A stretch of DNA of 64,000 nt. It comes from Octopus vulgaris. Its lineage: Eukaryota. Location: contig OX597816.1 in NCBI GenBank assembly GCA_951406725.2, positions 37,324,001-37,388,000 of the forward strand. The letters are read 5' to 3'. Shown here piece after piece: positions 27,567-41,594 of this stretch. Below the pieces are notes generated by a model. The model saw nothing but the letters and a program-made list of their open reading frames with translations, made no database searches and was not told the origin of the DNA. The position numbers were made by a program, and so were the translations under genes. Position 1 is the first letter of the stretch, and each line of letters starts with the position of its first letter.

Positions 27567-28496
27567 CAATTTTTTTTGCGCCAGTAATTTCTTATTGTAA
27601 AATATGCATCGTAATCCAGTCACCTTAGTATTTCCTTGTGTATAAGATGTGAATGTTTCCTTTAAAAAAATCTGCTATATTCCCTAAACTAGCTCTTCAA
27701 TGTGATAAATCAATTTTGGCTATTTCCTTTCACCTGAACATAAAAGAAAAAAATATTGAAGTTATTTTTATACATTTTCTCTCATTTTTTGCCAAAAAGC
27801 AAAAAAAGAAAATAAGGCAAGACGAAAAGTCTTGCATTTCTTGATTTTCATCAGAGTTTTTTAAAGACTAAATAAATAAAAAAAAATTTAATAACATTTT
27901 GAAAGAAATTAATACTATAAAATACTTCGTTCAAAATCAATAGGTGACTTGTAAGCAAGATCGATAGTAATTGAATTTCGTTATCAACCGAAACAAGTAA
28001 GCAATTAATCGAAATAACTAATCAATCCTCCTTTCGATAATTACAGCAGTATTCTCGTCGGTTATTTGGAGAAGTGTCAAGCAGGTATTACATCTCTACA
28101 ATACTTAAAGGAAATGCATCTATATCAGTTACCTAGATCTTTTAGGTTTATGCTAAATAGGATTCAACAAGAATTTCAATTTTACGAATAAAAATAAGGA
28201 GAATTTTTCTGCCTGGAGATGTTCTGTTAAGTTATATGTAGAATTTATTTTGACGTCTAGCGTATTTAAATTCACGGGTGTTATCGAAGCCTGTCATAGA
28301 CATTTTCATTGCAACTCTAGTTAAAATGTTTTCTTTGAGTTGTGTAAACGATATTTCAAAATTACTTCAGTTCTTACAAACAACCCAAACCCACGCCCTT
28401 TGTTGTCTGGATTAAAATTTCATAGCGACAGAAAATAATCATTATAATTTAAAACCATGCAAGTTCAGTAACTTACTTTTTTAATTTACACAGAAC

Positions 28497-28870
28497 GGCG
28501 CAGGCGTAGCTGTATGGTAAGAAGCTGTGTGGTAAGAAGGCGGCGAGCTGGCAGAAAGGTTAGCGCGCCGGGCGAAATGCTTAGCGTTATTTCGTCTGCC
28601 GTTACGTTCTGAGTTCAAATTCCGCCGAGGTTGACTTTGCCTTTCATCCTTTCGGGGTCGATAAATTAAATAACAGTTACGCACTGGGGTCGATGTAATC
28701 TACTTAATCCCTTTGTCTGTCCTTGTTTGTCCCTTGTCCTATGTTTAGCCCCTTGTGGGCAATAAAGAAATAAGAAACATGGTTCCGGGGTCAGTCCCAC
28801 TACGTGACAGCTAGGGCAAGTGTCTTCTGCTATAACCTCGAACCGACCAAAGCCTTGTGAGTGGATTGGA
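28497..28870 (+). mobile_element. SINE family A 5' part interrupted by a family B SINE
   Basis: Head at 28497-28537 resumes at ~28777 (ACATGGTTCCGGGGTCAGTCCC). Confidence 0.7.
28538..28776 (+). mobile_element. tRNA-derived SINE family B (Meta-domain-like)
   Basis: GGCGGCGAGCTGGCAGAA head, B box GAGTTCAAATTCC, Meta-like GCCTTTCATCCTTTCGGGGTCGATAAA, tail ending AATAAAGAAAT. Confidence 0.8.
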
Positions 28871-29159
28871 GTGATGAGACAGTAAGAAGTAAAAGATATC
28901 TCTGTTTTGTCTAATATTATGAAACAAGCAAAAAGTGGAATGAAAATTTGGTGATAACATCCACATTTTATAGTTTTATAGGTTTAACTATTGCAGATTT
29001 GATATGAATCGAAGATTCGAAAATGCAAAAACAAAAATGATTTCAGTTGTTATGTACTAATTATGTATTTCAGTGGAGCAGACGACCTACAATAAACGAA
29101 AACCTGTCATAACAAAGATATGAACGTTTCTATATTTGAAAGTAAAGTATAATCACTAC

Positions 29160-32100
29160 TCAATAAACTTGGATAAACTTAGATATGTTTCGACCAAAGA
29201 TTGGTCCAGGCTTGGTCTAACTTAATAGCAACACCTGATAGGATTATCTAAATCCTTTTTAAGTCAAGTTTTGTTTATGGTCCATTCAAGTAGTGAGTTC
29301 TTTTTGAGTAAGTTGTATCCAGGTATGGGTGGCTTATCTGGTATTCCTTGAAGAAAACTGTCCAGACTCCCTTTAAAGGTGATGGGATCTTTTTCCTCTT
29401 TGATCAGTTTTGGGACAATGTTAAACGGGGCAGGGTCTGTTGAGGAAAAGAAATTATGTCGCAGTGTACCTATATGTTGTGATCCTGAATTGGGCAGAGG
29501 ACATATGGCCCCTAGTCCCAGCCTTGGATGAACCTGAAACTAATGTTCAGGTCGTTTGGGCAATGCTGGTGGTATATTCTCCACATCGTACAAATGATAT
29601 ACCGTTCGCAGCAGCGCTGGAGAGAGTAGAGTTTCAATGCTTTAAGGCGGTCCCAGTAATCGAGATCAGTTATGCCTTCAATTCGTATAGTGAGTGCCCC
29701 CTGGGGGTGATTCAATCCTCAAGATGTTTTGTTTTGTATGGGGAGACCACAAGGGAGAGCAGTGTTCGAGGTGTGGCCATACAAAGGAGGAGAAAAGTGG
29801 AATGATGGCACCTTGTTCTCTGGACCGGAAGGTTCTTAAGATCCAGGAGCTCATCTTACGAGCTATATTGACTTTATTGTTGATGTGGGCACTCCAACTG
29901 AGATTGTCATCAACAATTACACCCAGGTCTCTGATATTATTAGATGCCGTGAGCGGTTCCTCTGAAGGAAGAGTGTATGGCTATTTTAGTATAGACTTTC
30001 TTCCAAAATGCATCAGTTTGAATTTTCCCTCGTTCAGTTGCATTTTGTTTTTGTCTGCCCATTGACTCACAGAATATAGATTAGACTGGAGTTGAGTTCG
30101 GTCTTCTTCATTGATGATTTGCTGGAGTTTAGTGTCATCAGCAAATATTTTCACTTTGCAGTGATTCACGACGCTGGAAAGGTCATTTATGTAAATTAGA
30201 AATAGGAGCGGGCTCAAGACAGTTCCTTGAGGGACACCACTGGTGACTTTTGCTGGGCTTGGGTGGACTCCATCGATCACAACTTCTTGTGTTCTATTCG
30301 CCGGGAAGTAGTTAATTCAGTGTAGAAGTTTTCCACGGATTCCGACATTCGCCAATTTTGAGAGTAAAATATTATTTCCAACCCTTCGAACGCTTTACTG
30401 AAGTCAAGATATATGACATCAGAGTTCGAACCTGTTCCCAAGGCTTTAAGTATATCTTCAATGAGGTGTTGAGAGCTGTGTTAGAGAGTGAAAGCCATGC
30501 TGATTTGTATTTAGGAGTTTGTGGGTCTCCAAGAAGTCAGCTATCCTTGATCTTACCACTCTTTCAAACACTTTAATGATGTGGGAGGTGAGTGAGATTG
30601 GGTGGTAGTTGACTGCGAAGGATCTGTTTCCCTGTTTGAAAACCGGCATGACAGACTGGGATAGGAGCTGTTTCGGTATATAACCTGAGTCTAAAGAATT
30701 TCTCTAGAGTTTGGTCAGAGGGACTGCAAGTTGGTGTCTACATTACTTCAAGAGACAAGCAGGGAATCTATCAGGGCCTACAGCAGAATAGTATTTGACC
30801 TCACTTATTGCTGCTATGATGTCGGAAGCAGTGAAGATTATGTCCGAGATTTTATGTTGGGAATCAACTTCGTTCGCTTCTCTTACGTCAATATCAGTGG
30901 GATCACTAAAGACAGAGCAGTATTGTTTCTGCAGTATTTCTACTATTTCTTTAGCACCGTACTGGGGAATGCCGTTATCATCGATCAATGGCCCAATGGG
31001 TGAGACAGCGACTCTATGCTTATTTGCATAAGAATAGAACACCTTTGGGTTCTGTTTGATGTTTTTGATTACCCACTATTCCTCCACAGCTCTTTGATTT
31101 TCAATGGAGGTTTTCGTGTCGGTCTGCAGATGAAGTTTTTTTCACTCCAGCCTTTTCATTTTTGTTGAATATGAATGTTGTATGTGTGAGTATTTTAATT
31201 GGTTGATGTTTTTATTGAGTCTTTTGATGCGCCTAATGAGTGTTTTTTTTTTGGGGGGGGGGAGCCGGTTTCTGTTTGTGTTAGTGGATTTTGTAGGAGC
31301 GTGTTTTGAGCATGTATAGGTGACAATGTTCTCAAAGTGTTGCCACGCGGTCTCAATGTGATTGGAACTGAGAGTGAAAGACTAGTCGATGAAGGATAGA
31401 TCCTTTCTGATTGCTCCACAGTCCGCTTTGTGGAAGTTTATGTTGTCAAATGAGAGCTGTGGAGTTAGATTGGCTGGTTTGGTTTTTATATGTCGGGAAT
31501 TAAAATTGCAGAGTACCATGTCGTGGTCTGAGAGGAGAGTTTTTTCAACTGAAATACTGTGAACGAAGCTAGAGTGGTTGGTTAATATTAAAGCCAAGAT
31601 CGTTTTATTCTGTCTTGTTGGTTCAATCACTAGCTGAGTCAGGAAGAATTTATCCATTAGATTAAAGAGTATTTCTGCTGCTGTTTTATCTGATGTAGAG
31701 CATTTGCCTAACTTCAGAGTATTTGCGGGCCAGTTTATATGAGGGAGGTTAAAATCCCCCATCATTATGTTTCCGGAGTTGTATTTTTGAAGGAAGGATT
31801 TTTTTAAGTACTCTTCAAAGCACTTTACAAGTGCTTGGGGAGACCTATAAAGACCAACAAGGATTATGTCTTTGGCCTTATTGAATAGTGATATAGATTC
31901 ACAATAGCCCTTGAAAAATATGCCCTTGGCCTCAACTGAAAAGGAGTCATGGAGAAAGATGGCTGTTCCCCCTTTATTTCGGCCTGTGCGATCTGCACGG
32001 ACGATGGTGAAATCATATATTTTCACCTCGGCACATGTGCGCTGTTTAGGTGAGTTTCAGTAAGGATAAAGGAAGGGAAGCAATGTTCCGTTTCGACAAG

Positions 32101-33830
32101 CTAGGTCTCTATATATGGGATCTTCCATTTTGGGGCAATGAGTGATGAGTTGATGCCACATACATTTAACAGGTATGTCGAGGTAAGGGTAGTTTGATGT
32201 TTGCATTGTTCTAAGTTATGTTTTATGTTGTTCAGAGGTAGCAATGTGGGTAGTTTTTGGATGGAGCTGTGTGTGTATGATTTTCTAGTTGGTGGTGGGT
32301 GTGGGTGTGGGTTCCTTGTGTTTTGCATAAATGGTTGCTGATAGCTCGTTGGATCTCCTGGCTTAGGTCAGACTTCATAACTTCATATTCTCTAGATAAG
32401 TTAGTAAAGAAGAGTTGCCTCTGGTTTGCCACTTGGTCAGAGGATACATAGTTCATGTTTAGGTTATTTGGTGTTATGGTTTTCCTATAGTTCTGTCTTC
32501 GTTGTTTGGCTTTAGGAGGTGGAATGTGGTTGTGTTTTGTTTTTGTTATTGTCGTAGGTCTCTTCTGTTGCTGTTTATATTTATTTTTTGATCGTTTTGT
32601 GCCCTTCAGATGGTTGCATTCTGGGTTCAAGCACATCCTTAGTGACACAAAATTTTGGCACAGTTTAGGATGGAAGAAAATGCATCCATTGCCTTTTGTG
32701 CATCCATATTTAGGATCAGGGCCATGGACTCTGTATTTAGGACAGTATTTGGGGTGGAGGTGAGGGCAGTTTTCCCCGTTATACCTTATGGACAGGTGCC
32801 CTTAACAAGTCTAGGGCATAAGGTAGGATGGAAAAATGCTCAGTGTCCATTGTTGGTGGCGCCGCTGGGGCCAAATTTAGTTACCTTGAGAATGGTAACA
32901 ACAGGGGTTTTGACGTGGGCATAGTGGAGGTTTATATACTGGCAGGCTCGTTGGTCAGGAGTCCTACTGTAGTAGCAGTAGCAGACTGTTGTTGTTGTTG
33001 TTGTTGTTGTTGTTGCTGTACCGGCAGTGAAACTTGACTTGCAACAGTAGGGCTGGGTGGAATCAAGTCAGATAGTGGTGCCAAACAAGGTGCTTCCAAT
33101 GTAATATCATTAGAAGGCTGTTGTTGTGATAGTGAGTCCTGGCTTGCCAAGGTAGTGTTGGGTGGAATTAGGTCAGATAGCGATATCAATGAGGATGTTG
33201 TTTGTTGCTGACTAGCGAGTTGTTGAAATAACCCCTGACCTGTTGGAGTTAGGTCAGTTGGTGCACTACATCGATTGACAAGTATGGCTTCTAGTGTTGC
33301 CATGTGTGTGTGTGTAAAGTATGAAATGATCTTGTGATTTCTTTTATTTTGTTTTCGATCTGTTTTACAGATCTGTAAAAGGATTGTGATGCTAATTTTT
33401 CAGCGATTTTACCGTAGGCATTCGCTTTTACACAATCGTTATGGTGAGTGTACCAAGCGTTTATCAATGCACTGATTTCGTTTTCTACCCAGTTGTGTTT
33501 TAGAATATTATTGGCCATATTCAGTGGGATATTATTATACACTGTACGTCAGTTAATGATGACTTGGTGTATAATAGTGAATGCACCGTTGAAAAGTTTG
33601 TGTCTATATATTCGGAAATGCGTGGCTATATCTGGGCGTGTGTGAGAGAGAGTTCAGTGTATTTAGTACAAATCAGAATGAGTGGTGTGTTTAATACAAA
33701 TCAAGAGAAAACAATTGTACTCACGGGACTAGTTTTAGATTTAATCTTGGGTTTAGTTTTGGTTTATATTTGTTTCTCCACGTGTAAATTTATCCTCCGA
33801 TAATAGTAAAATAGTAGAATAGTAGAATTC
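29160..33830 (-). mobile_element. Near full-length degenerate CR1-group LINE (ORF1 + APE-RT ORF2)
   Basis: APE at 31382-32200 (RADR..GG..GLYRSP..MGDFNLP..LSDH), RT at 29981-31100 (NYHPISLTS, SGVPQGTVL, FADDTK), C-terminal LYSLQRCCERY. ORF1 at ~32232-33542. Many frameshifts; short tandem tail (AAGTTTATC) at the 3' end. Confidence 0.85.
32232..33542 (-). pseudogene. Disrupted LINE ORF1: Myb/SANT-like N-terminus, polyQ linker, repeated Cys/His fingers
   Basis: NWVENEISALINAW..YGKIAEKL..RSVKQIENKIKEI, then a polyQ run, then CPHLHPKYC..GCTKGNGCIFFHPKLC..C..C.H read across frameshifts. Confidence 0.55.
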
Positions 33831-34974
33831 AAGAATTCTGGGACTAAAAACAAGGTAAAAACAATTGATGAAGAAAATATTAATATCATTTTTGCATAAG
33901 AATGGTGTGTCACATATATAGAAGATGACTCAGAAATTATGGTATTTATCGATGATTTATTGATGGTATCAAATTACATACGAAACAGTTCAAGTAGGGG
34001 TCGCCATCAGATCGCATAATTTGTTAGCGATAACTATCAAAATGTGAAAACCAACATATTAAAAATGCTAATTCTGATATTACATTTAAATGGGCTTAAG
34101 ACGCAAAACGAAAAGGAAATAGATTGTATGATGTTAAAGAAAGTTGGTTGGCAAGAACTCACAACCATGTTGATAATTCTATATTATGGCTTACTGACCA
34201 TATTATGTTGCAACGGAATTATGAGAAACCCTGTTTAGGAAGTTCTTCAGCAAAATATATTGTTCGAAATGTAACGGCTTGCTCCAGTCGAGTGTTCTGT
34301 AATTGGATGCTGTTATTTAGATGTTGGCCATTAGACAGCTGTAACGCTTACCAGGGAGTGACATGCTATCGCTTCGTGGAAGATAATCAGCGCTCAATTA
34401 TGAGACTAATCGTTGTTAACTGTCTACTATTTCCTCTTGATGATGAAACTGTTCATAAATCATTGTAATATGTGGTTATTATTTCCTTATAATTTGTTGT
34501 GGTGATGACACGTGACTCGGTTCTCATGCGTAGTTTTTCTAAGCCCTAACATAGAGAGATATACGTTATTTTTGTTGTTGTTCTTGTTTTTATTATTGTT
34601 ATTGCTATTTAGCCTCAAGTCAATAGTGATTTTAAAAATCTATTACCAAAATCATTTGTTTATTATTTCTACATCATGAATTGAGCATTTTAGGTATTTA
34701 TATTACACATCTGTTGACACAACCACTACCACTGCTACCACCATTGCTACCACCAGCATCAACAGCATGCATAATGCTAATATAGCGTCTAGCAAGACTA
34801 CTGGTAAGAACTTCGCTAAAGCAGTTCGAATGCGAAAATAATTTATTCTTGCATTCGTTATTTCTCCAAAATTCGAAAAATGCTAAAAGTTCTTTAACCA
34901 AAAATGGAAGAGCAATGTCCTCTAATAAACCACAACAGATCCAGGAGGACGCACAGAATAGGTCCTACACATAG

Positions 34975-35314
34975 GAATTGAGACACCCTTCGGTCATGAC
35001 TGACCGTGGGATTGGACCTAGAAAGTTACCCTCCCAGACACAACTCCGAACAAGGTTGTTTATGGAAGACCAGCAGTCGCCCATGCATACTGGCTCCCCT
35101 CTCCACGCCACCAGTGTTATCCGAGGGAAAGGCAACAGCGGATACAGTTTGGCACTTGTAACGTCGCAACTCATTTCTACAGCTGAGTGAACTGGAGCAA
35201 CGTGAAATAAAGTGTTTTGCTCAAGAACACAACACGCAGCCCGGTCCGGGATTCGAACTCACAACCTCACTACCGCAAGCTAGACGCTCTAGCCACTGAG
35301 CCATGCGCCTTCAC
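34975..35314 (-). mobile_element. tRNA-derived SINE family C
   Basis: Minus strand A box TGGCTCAGTGG, B box GTTCGAATCCC, then TTCTTGAGCAAAACACTTTATTTCAC; head shared with 51278-51580. Confidence 0.8.
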
Positions 35315-35723
35315 ATGACACATAGGAATATATGTCTGAAAACTAGAAAAGTAGGGCAAATGACAAACCCAGATTGAAAAGTGTTTTGAAGGTACAACCA
35401 AAACTATCTGACGGGAGAAGTTTCGGCAGAGACGAGATTTCTTCCTCGGAGAAGGCCAGGGAGGATTTGGTAACACTAAAGAGTCAGTAACTAGACCTCA
35501 TATTTATATGCGTTGGCTAGTGTGAGATAAAAATAAAAATAATCAATGTGCTACCAGAAATACATAAATTTTGTAAAGAAACAAAATTATTTACATGGAA
35601 GATTATCGTTCCCACAGTTATCATGTTCTCAATACGTGGGAAATATCAGTTATTTTCTGATTGATTTGCATTTTATTTTAGCTTCCGAGTGGGTCTCAAG
35701 CAGAAGCTTACTATCATTCTTAT

Positions 35724-36280
35724 TGAGTGAGAGAGCAGGGCATGCCTTCAAAGTGAAACTGGGATGAAATTCACGAAGCCCAGTTTACCCACCATGACTA
35801 CCGTCTGATAAGGGTACACCAGGCTCATGCATCACAACCAAATGTGCGCGAAATAGTGATCTCATATCAAAATAAACTGCGCATGACCTTGCAGGTGGGG
35901 CCCAGTTAGAATTTTCTTCGGGTCGAGTAGTCTATGCCGTTCAAAAGGTCCTTTGAATAAGGGTCGTTTAAGGATGTTGAAAAAACACATGTTTCCAAAG
36001 TAAACAATCCAAACCCCAAAGAATTTCTTTCCTCACATGGCTATGATGCTCCCCCACTACTTCTGCTCGTGATCAGAGATGCACATATCCTCAGCCAGTA
36101 AGGGACATGCTCAACTGGTTACGGTCAAACAACTGACAAGCAAATATCTGTGGTATTGAGTAGAATATTTGCTGTAGCCCATCTTTTATACCAAAACAAA
36201 ATATTATATATAATAACACTTCCAATCAGTTAAGATCAGAAACCATGAGAGCCACTGCCTGGTACTGCATCAGGGCATTA
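35724..36280 (-). mobile_element. Longer copy of the 24319-24668 repeat
   Basis: Collinear similarity starting GAGTGAGAGAGCAG; followed by TAT/CAT repeats. Confidence 0.6.
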
Positions 36281-36352
36281 TTATTTTTTTTTTCTTTTTA
36301 AATTATTATTATCATCATCATCATCATCATCATTATTATTATTATTATTTTT

Positions 36353-36570
36353 AAGGCGGCGATCTGGCATAATCGGTAACACGCTGGACGAATTGCTTAG
36401 CGGTATTTCGTTCGTCGCTACGTTCTGAGTTCAAAATTTGCCGACGTCAACTTTGTCTTGCATCCTTTCAGAGTCGATAAATTAAGTATCAGTGAAACAC
36501 TGGTGGTCGATGTAATCGACTAGTCCCCTTCCCCAAAATTTCAGGCCTTGTGCCTTTAGTAGAAAGGATG
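36353..36570 (+). mobile_element. SINE family B (alternative tail)
   Basis: Same head and Meta-like core; tail CCCCAAAATTTCAGGCCTTGTGCC..AGAAAGGAT followed by (TAT)n. Confidence 0.8.
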
Positions 36571-36575
36571 ATTAC

Positions 36576-36633
<58 letters not shown>

Positions 36634-37573
36634 TTATGAAACCTCTCAGCTTATTCTGTTGGGTATGATGGAAAATGCCAGCTGTTAACAGACAGCAGAT
36701 TACAATTGTACTGTTACTGATTAGTTCAAAGAAACCCATTATTTCAAAAAATTTTATATCAATCTTCAATGTTAGCCTTGCGAGATGCAACGAGACAGCG
36801 ATTTAATATGTTCAGTTGTGATATAAATCTACTCCAAAACCTACTTCAACTCCATTGAATAGACACGGTTGAAATTTCGTTTCATTACACTTAAATAATA
36901 AAAAGATTATAGGTTTATATGTCTCCTCAAACAACTGCGTTTCATTTTAGCCTTTAACTAAAAACAAATATGCAACGATCACTCCTAATGTTCCATTTTG
37001 TTGGTAATGAAAAAACAGACAAACTGGACTTTTTGTAATTTTAGTATTGTTTGTGGCTATAACAAAAAGAACATGATGTTCATTATTAACATTTGAATTT
37101 ATTATCATTCACTCGGCTATTGTATCTTTTTTTCTTTCAATATTTGACAGTTTCAAATACAAAATGTTGGCAGTTTTATGAAGATTACACTTGTATCAGT
37201 TTTATCTCCCTCCCATCCTCTCATACTTTCTATCTTTCTCACTTTTATTACACAGATATTTAAATTCTCATTTATGATTTTAACTTGCAAAACATTAAAA
37301 AGTTTTGAAGTAAATGAGGCTGCTGAGATTGTTTTTACTTTACATAAAACTAACGTGCTTATCTATAAAATGGTTGGATTCATTTACTTCTGCGTTATCC
37401 TTTACTTGAACACCTATTCCTACATCGTAAATTTATTTTCATTATGTTAAAATGATTTCCAAGATAATTTAAATGATTTAAACATGAGCAGTTTACAGAA
37501 AGTATTATATATTTCTCATTTTAAATATTTTGATTGACGAATATAACCATTGCTATAATATGTAATATTATTT

Positions 37574-37987
37574 TTTTTTACTACCCACAAGGGGCTAAAC
37601 ACAGAGAGGACAAATAAGGGCAGACAAACGGATTAAGTCGATTACATCGACCCCAGTGCGTAACTGGTACTTAGTTTATCGACTCCGAAAGGATGAAAAG
37701 CAAAGTCGACCTCATGGAAACTTGAACTCAGAACGTAACTGCAGACGAAATACGTATTTCTTTATTACCCACAAGGGGCTAAACATAGAGGGGACAAACA
37801 AGGACAGACATAGGCATTAAGTCGATTATATCGACCCCAGTGCGTAACTGGTACTTAATTTATCGATCCCGAAAGGATGAAAGGCAAAGTCGACCTCGGC
37901 GGAATTTGAACACACAACGTAACGACAGACGAAATACAGCTACGCATTTCGCCCGGCGTGCTAACGTTTCTGCCAGCTCGCCGCCTT
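37574..37987 (-). mobile_element. SINE family B with tandemly duplicated body
   Basis: Two body-plus-tail units and one head (GCCAGCTCGCCGCC at the right end). Confidence 0.85.
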
Positions 37988-38111
37988 CATGTAATATTAT
38001 TATATATCATAAGTACCAGCTGAGCACTGGCGTCGATGTAATCGACTTGTGCTTACCCTCGAAATTGCTGGCCTTGTGCTAAAATTTGAAACCAATATCA
38101 TTACTTATCTT

Positions 38112-38300
38112 AAGGCGGCGATCTGGCAGAATCATTAGCACGCCGGGCAAAATGTTGAGCAGTATTTTGTCCATCTTTAAGTTCTGAGTTCAAATTCTGT
38201 CGAGGTCAGTTTCGCTTTTCATCCTTTCGGGGTCGATAAAATTTGTACCAGTTGATACCCTCCATTAAATTTGCTGACCTTGTGCTAAAATTTGAAATCA
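38112..38300 (+). mobile_element. SINE family B
   Basis: Head plus Meta-like core. Confidence 0.75.
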
Positions 38301-39246
38301 AAATTATTACATATTTTGTACGTTTTACAAATTTATACGTTAACTTTATGAAATTGTAGAAAGTTATACGTTTTGGATAACAGATTAGTAATGTGTCAAA
38401 TTTGCATATTGTTTAAACATGTTTTATATATAAAGAAGTTGCTGAAGTGTTATGCAATCATCTCTAAATTAAAAGTAGCCGACAGAAAAAAGATTCAGCT
38501 ATAAATTCGTATTATAAAGATAAGTGGAAACTCACACACGTAACAAAGCAAATAATTCAAGAAACTGAAACTTAAGCTGATGACCAAAACATTTTATTTC
38601 TAATGAAGTATTGTAATTATCATTTGTTTTTTTACTCATTAATGCCAAATTAGAATCGACGTTAATAATAATCTTCACTTAATGCATTATTCGATTCTCA
38701 GAACTAAATTTAGTTTCTAAAGTCCACTCTGTTTTTAAAAAAAATAAAACATATTGTTGATGTATCGTTGATTTATTGAAAAACAAAAGCATATTGAACT
38801 GGCATGAGATATTCATGTCTTAAAAGACAGAGTGGAATTTACCGCAATGTTGAAATATACGATTTAAAAACACTGAATTAATGAGGAAACAACGAGGTTT
38901 ATTTTCGTTTGAAGTACTTAACGTCATCGACCATAATTAGTTATGCGATAATTCTTTTACAATAGTTCTTTTATTATTTTAACGGAGATAAAAAAAACTG
39001 CTTGCTTTAATTAATTGGTAATTGAGTTGAAATATATAGTTCACCCATCTTTCCCCAAGATATTGCTTTCACAACAACTACTACTAAGGTATTTATTCTT
39101 TCTACCATTTTTGTTTATCATTACAAATGTTTATCAGCCGTGATAAAAAAAAAAGATTTTCTTGATTTCAAGATAAAATATTTATAGATACCCGGTGCTT
39201 TATGTGAATATATAATTTTCATGGCCAATATATTCAAGCTTGCATG

Positions 39247-39450
39247 TATACATACATACATACATACATACATACATACATACATACATACATACATGCA
39301 TGCATGCATGCATGCATACATACATACATACATACATACATACATACATACATACATACATACATGCATGCATGCATGCATACATGCATACATACATACA
39401 TACATACATACATACATACATACATACATACATACATACATACATACATA
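39247..39450. repeat. (ATAC)n/(ATGC)n microsatellite
   Basis: Seen directly. Confidence 0.95.
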
Positions 39451-39961
39451 ATATGTATGTGTGTGTATAAATATATGTATGTGATTGAGTGAGTGTATAT
39501 ATTTTGTGTTGGTGTGTGCATATTCCTGTACACATGCTGGAATATATTAATGTATAAACATGCATATATTACATAAATATTTTCTATTATCCTTATACAA
39601 TTTGAATATAGGTGCCAAATCAACTTTGGAGCATTTCTGCTATATCTTTTGCACCCAGGCACAACAATATATTTTCTTTATCCCTTCTGCATATTTCTAT
39701 TTTATTCTTGCATTAATTTAAAGTTTTTTCCCCCATTTACCATTACAATGCGAGTTTCGGCACCTGTGCTTCATCAAATACGAATTTGTTTATATTACCC
39801 TGGAACAGTAAATGAATTTTAAAATAACAGACATATCCTATGCATCCACACATTAATGTACATCTGTATGTGTGCATTTGTTTCTCTCTACATGCATGCA
39901 AACATGAATGTAGTTATATACATAAGTGTGTATATGTGTATGTCCATGAGGGTATGTATGC

Positions 39962-40026
<65 letters not shown>

Positions 40027-40090
40027 AATTTTTCTTAATGGTATAATTTAATTTTTCATAACTGAATTGATGAAAGGTGGTTTTATTCTA

Positions 40091-40278
<188 letters not shown>

Positions 40279-41594
40279 CATGTATGTATATATATATATT
40301 ATATTATATTATATTTTGTGAAATTTGATTTAGTATTTCTAAATTGAATTTTTCCCTGTAAGTTTGAAATAATATTCCCTCATATTATTATTATATATAT
40401 AATATATAAACATACATACATACATACATACATACATACATACATACATACATACATACGTATCTACGTATGTGTTGGTGTGTTTACGTCCCCGTAAATT
40501 AGCGGTTCGGCAAAAGAATCGATAGAATAGGTACCAGACTTTAAAAAAATAAGTACTGGTGTCGATTCAACGCATGTCTGCAGTCTAATGACTGAAACAC
40601 ATAAGAGATAAAAGAAAAGGAGGTAAAAACGGCTTTTGGTCAACTTTCTCAATTACTGAGAAATCGAATAAATCAACATAGTGACATGTAAACTAAATAT
40701 ACAAATTCTTGTGGTATTTAAAAGTGCACCATGTATAATGGTTTCTTGTTGGACTGAAAAGGAAACCATTTTGTTGAGAATAATTGTATTCGAGGGTTTT
40801 AGTTTGATTCTGTGTAGGAATTTAATGATAAATTATAGAACATTCTTAACTCGTGACATTACTGGCCTGCGGGATCTTTGTTAAACATTCCATTCGAAAT
40901 AAGTGCATCCGTTAGAGTGTCTCCGCTTTTCATCATGTAGTTCCTTTTCTTCTTTTAAGTCTACTTTCTGTTTCCGTATCATTTTTACAATTTCTTCTTC
41001 AACCTTCCTTTTCTTCTCCTACTCCTATTCATCCTCCTTCGGTCTATTTTCCTTCTCTTTCACTTGCTTTTTCATTCTTTTCTACTTCTTCACCTTTCTC
41101 TTCTTTTCCTCCTGTTTCTTATTCGTCTTTTTTTCTGTTTTGTTCTTCTTGTTTGTAATCTTGATTTTCTGGTTATTATCATTACTGTTGTTATTGATTC
41201 TGTTCATATGTCATTTACTACTTCTTTTTATTACTCTCATACCCTCTGAATCTCTTTACATATACTCTTCAGCATTTTCTTCTCGTTGTTCTTGTTATTT
41301 CTGCGATATGTTCTTTGTTTTGTTTTTTTCATTTTGTTCCTTCCTATTTCCACATTGTATTATTTGTTTTTTGTTGTTGTTTTTTATGAAGAATTTCTGT
41401 GATGTTTTGCTGTTCGTCATGCCCACCATATCTCAGTTTATGTTTTATCTTGTTAGTACTTATAAATCTAATTTACCTCAGATCGTTCTTTTAGAACCCA
41501 TGGTTTGTTCCTTCTTTAATATATTAAGAGATGCAAAACTGGGTGTTTTAAGTTAGTAGATGAGATCATAGAATTCTAACTAGAAATACTATTT

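Noticed and set aside
29180-29215. GACC-loop-GGTC-GAAAC on the minus strand resembling HHR helix II
   Set aside because: No CUGANGA upstream; better explained as the LINE 3' terminal stem-loop.
35225-35314. tRNA gene
   Set aside because: A and B boxes are present, but there is no acceptor stem and it continues into a SINE body.
40903-41556. 217-aa hydrophobic ORF, possible membrane protein
   Set aside because: Arises from T/C-rich low-complexity sequence; F/S/L bias with no domain.
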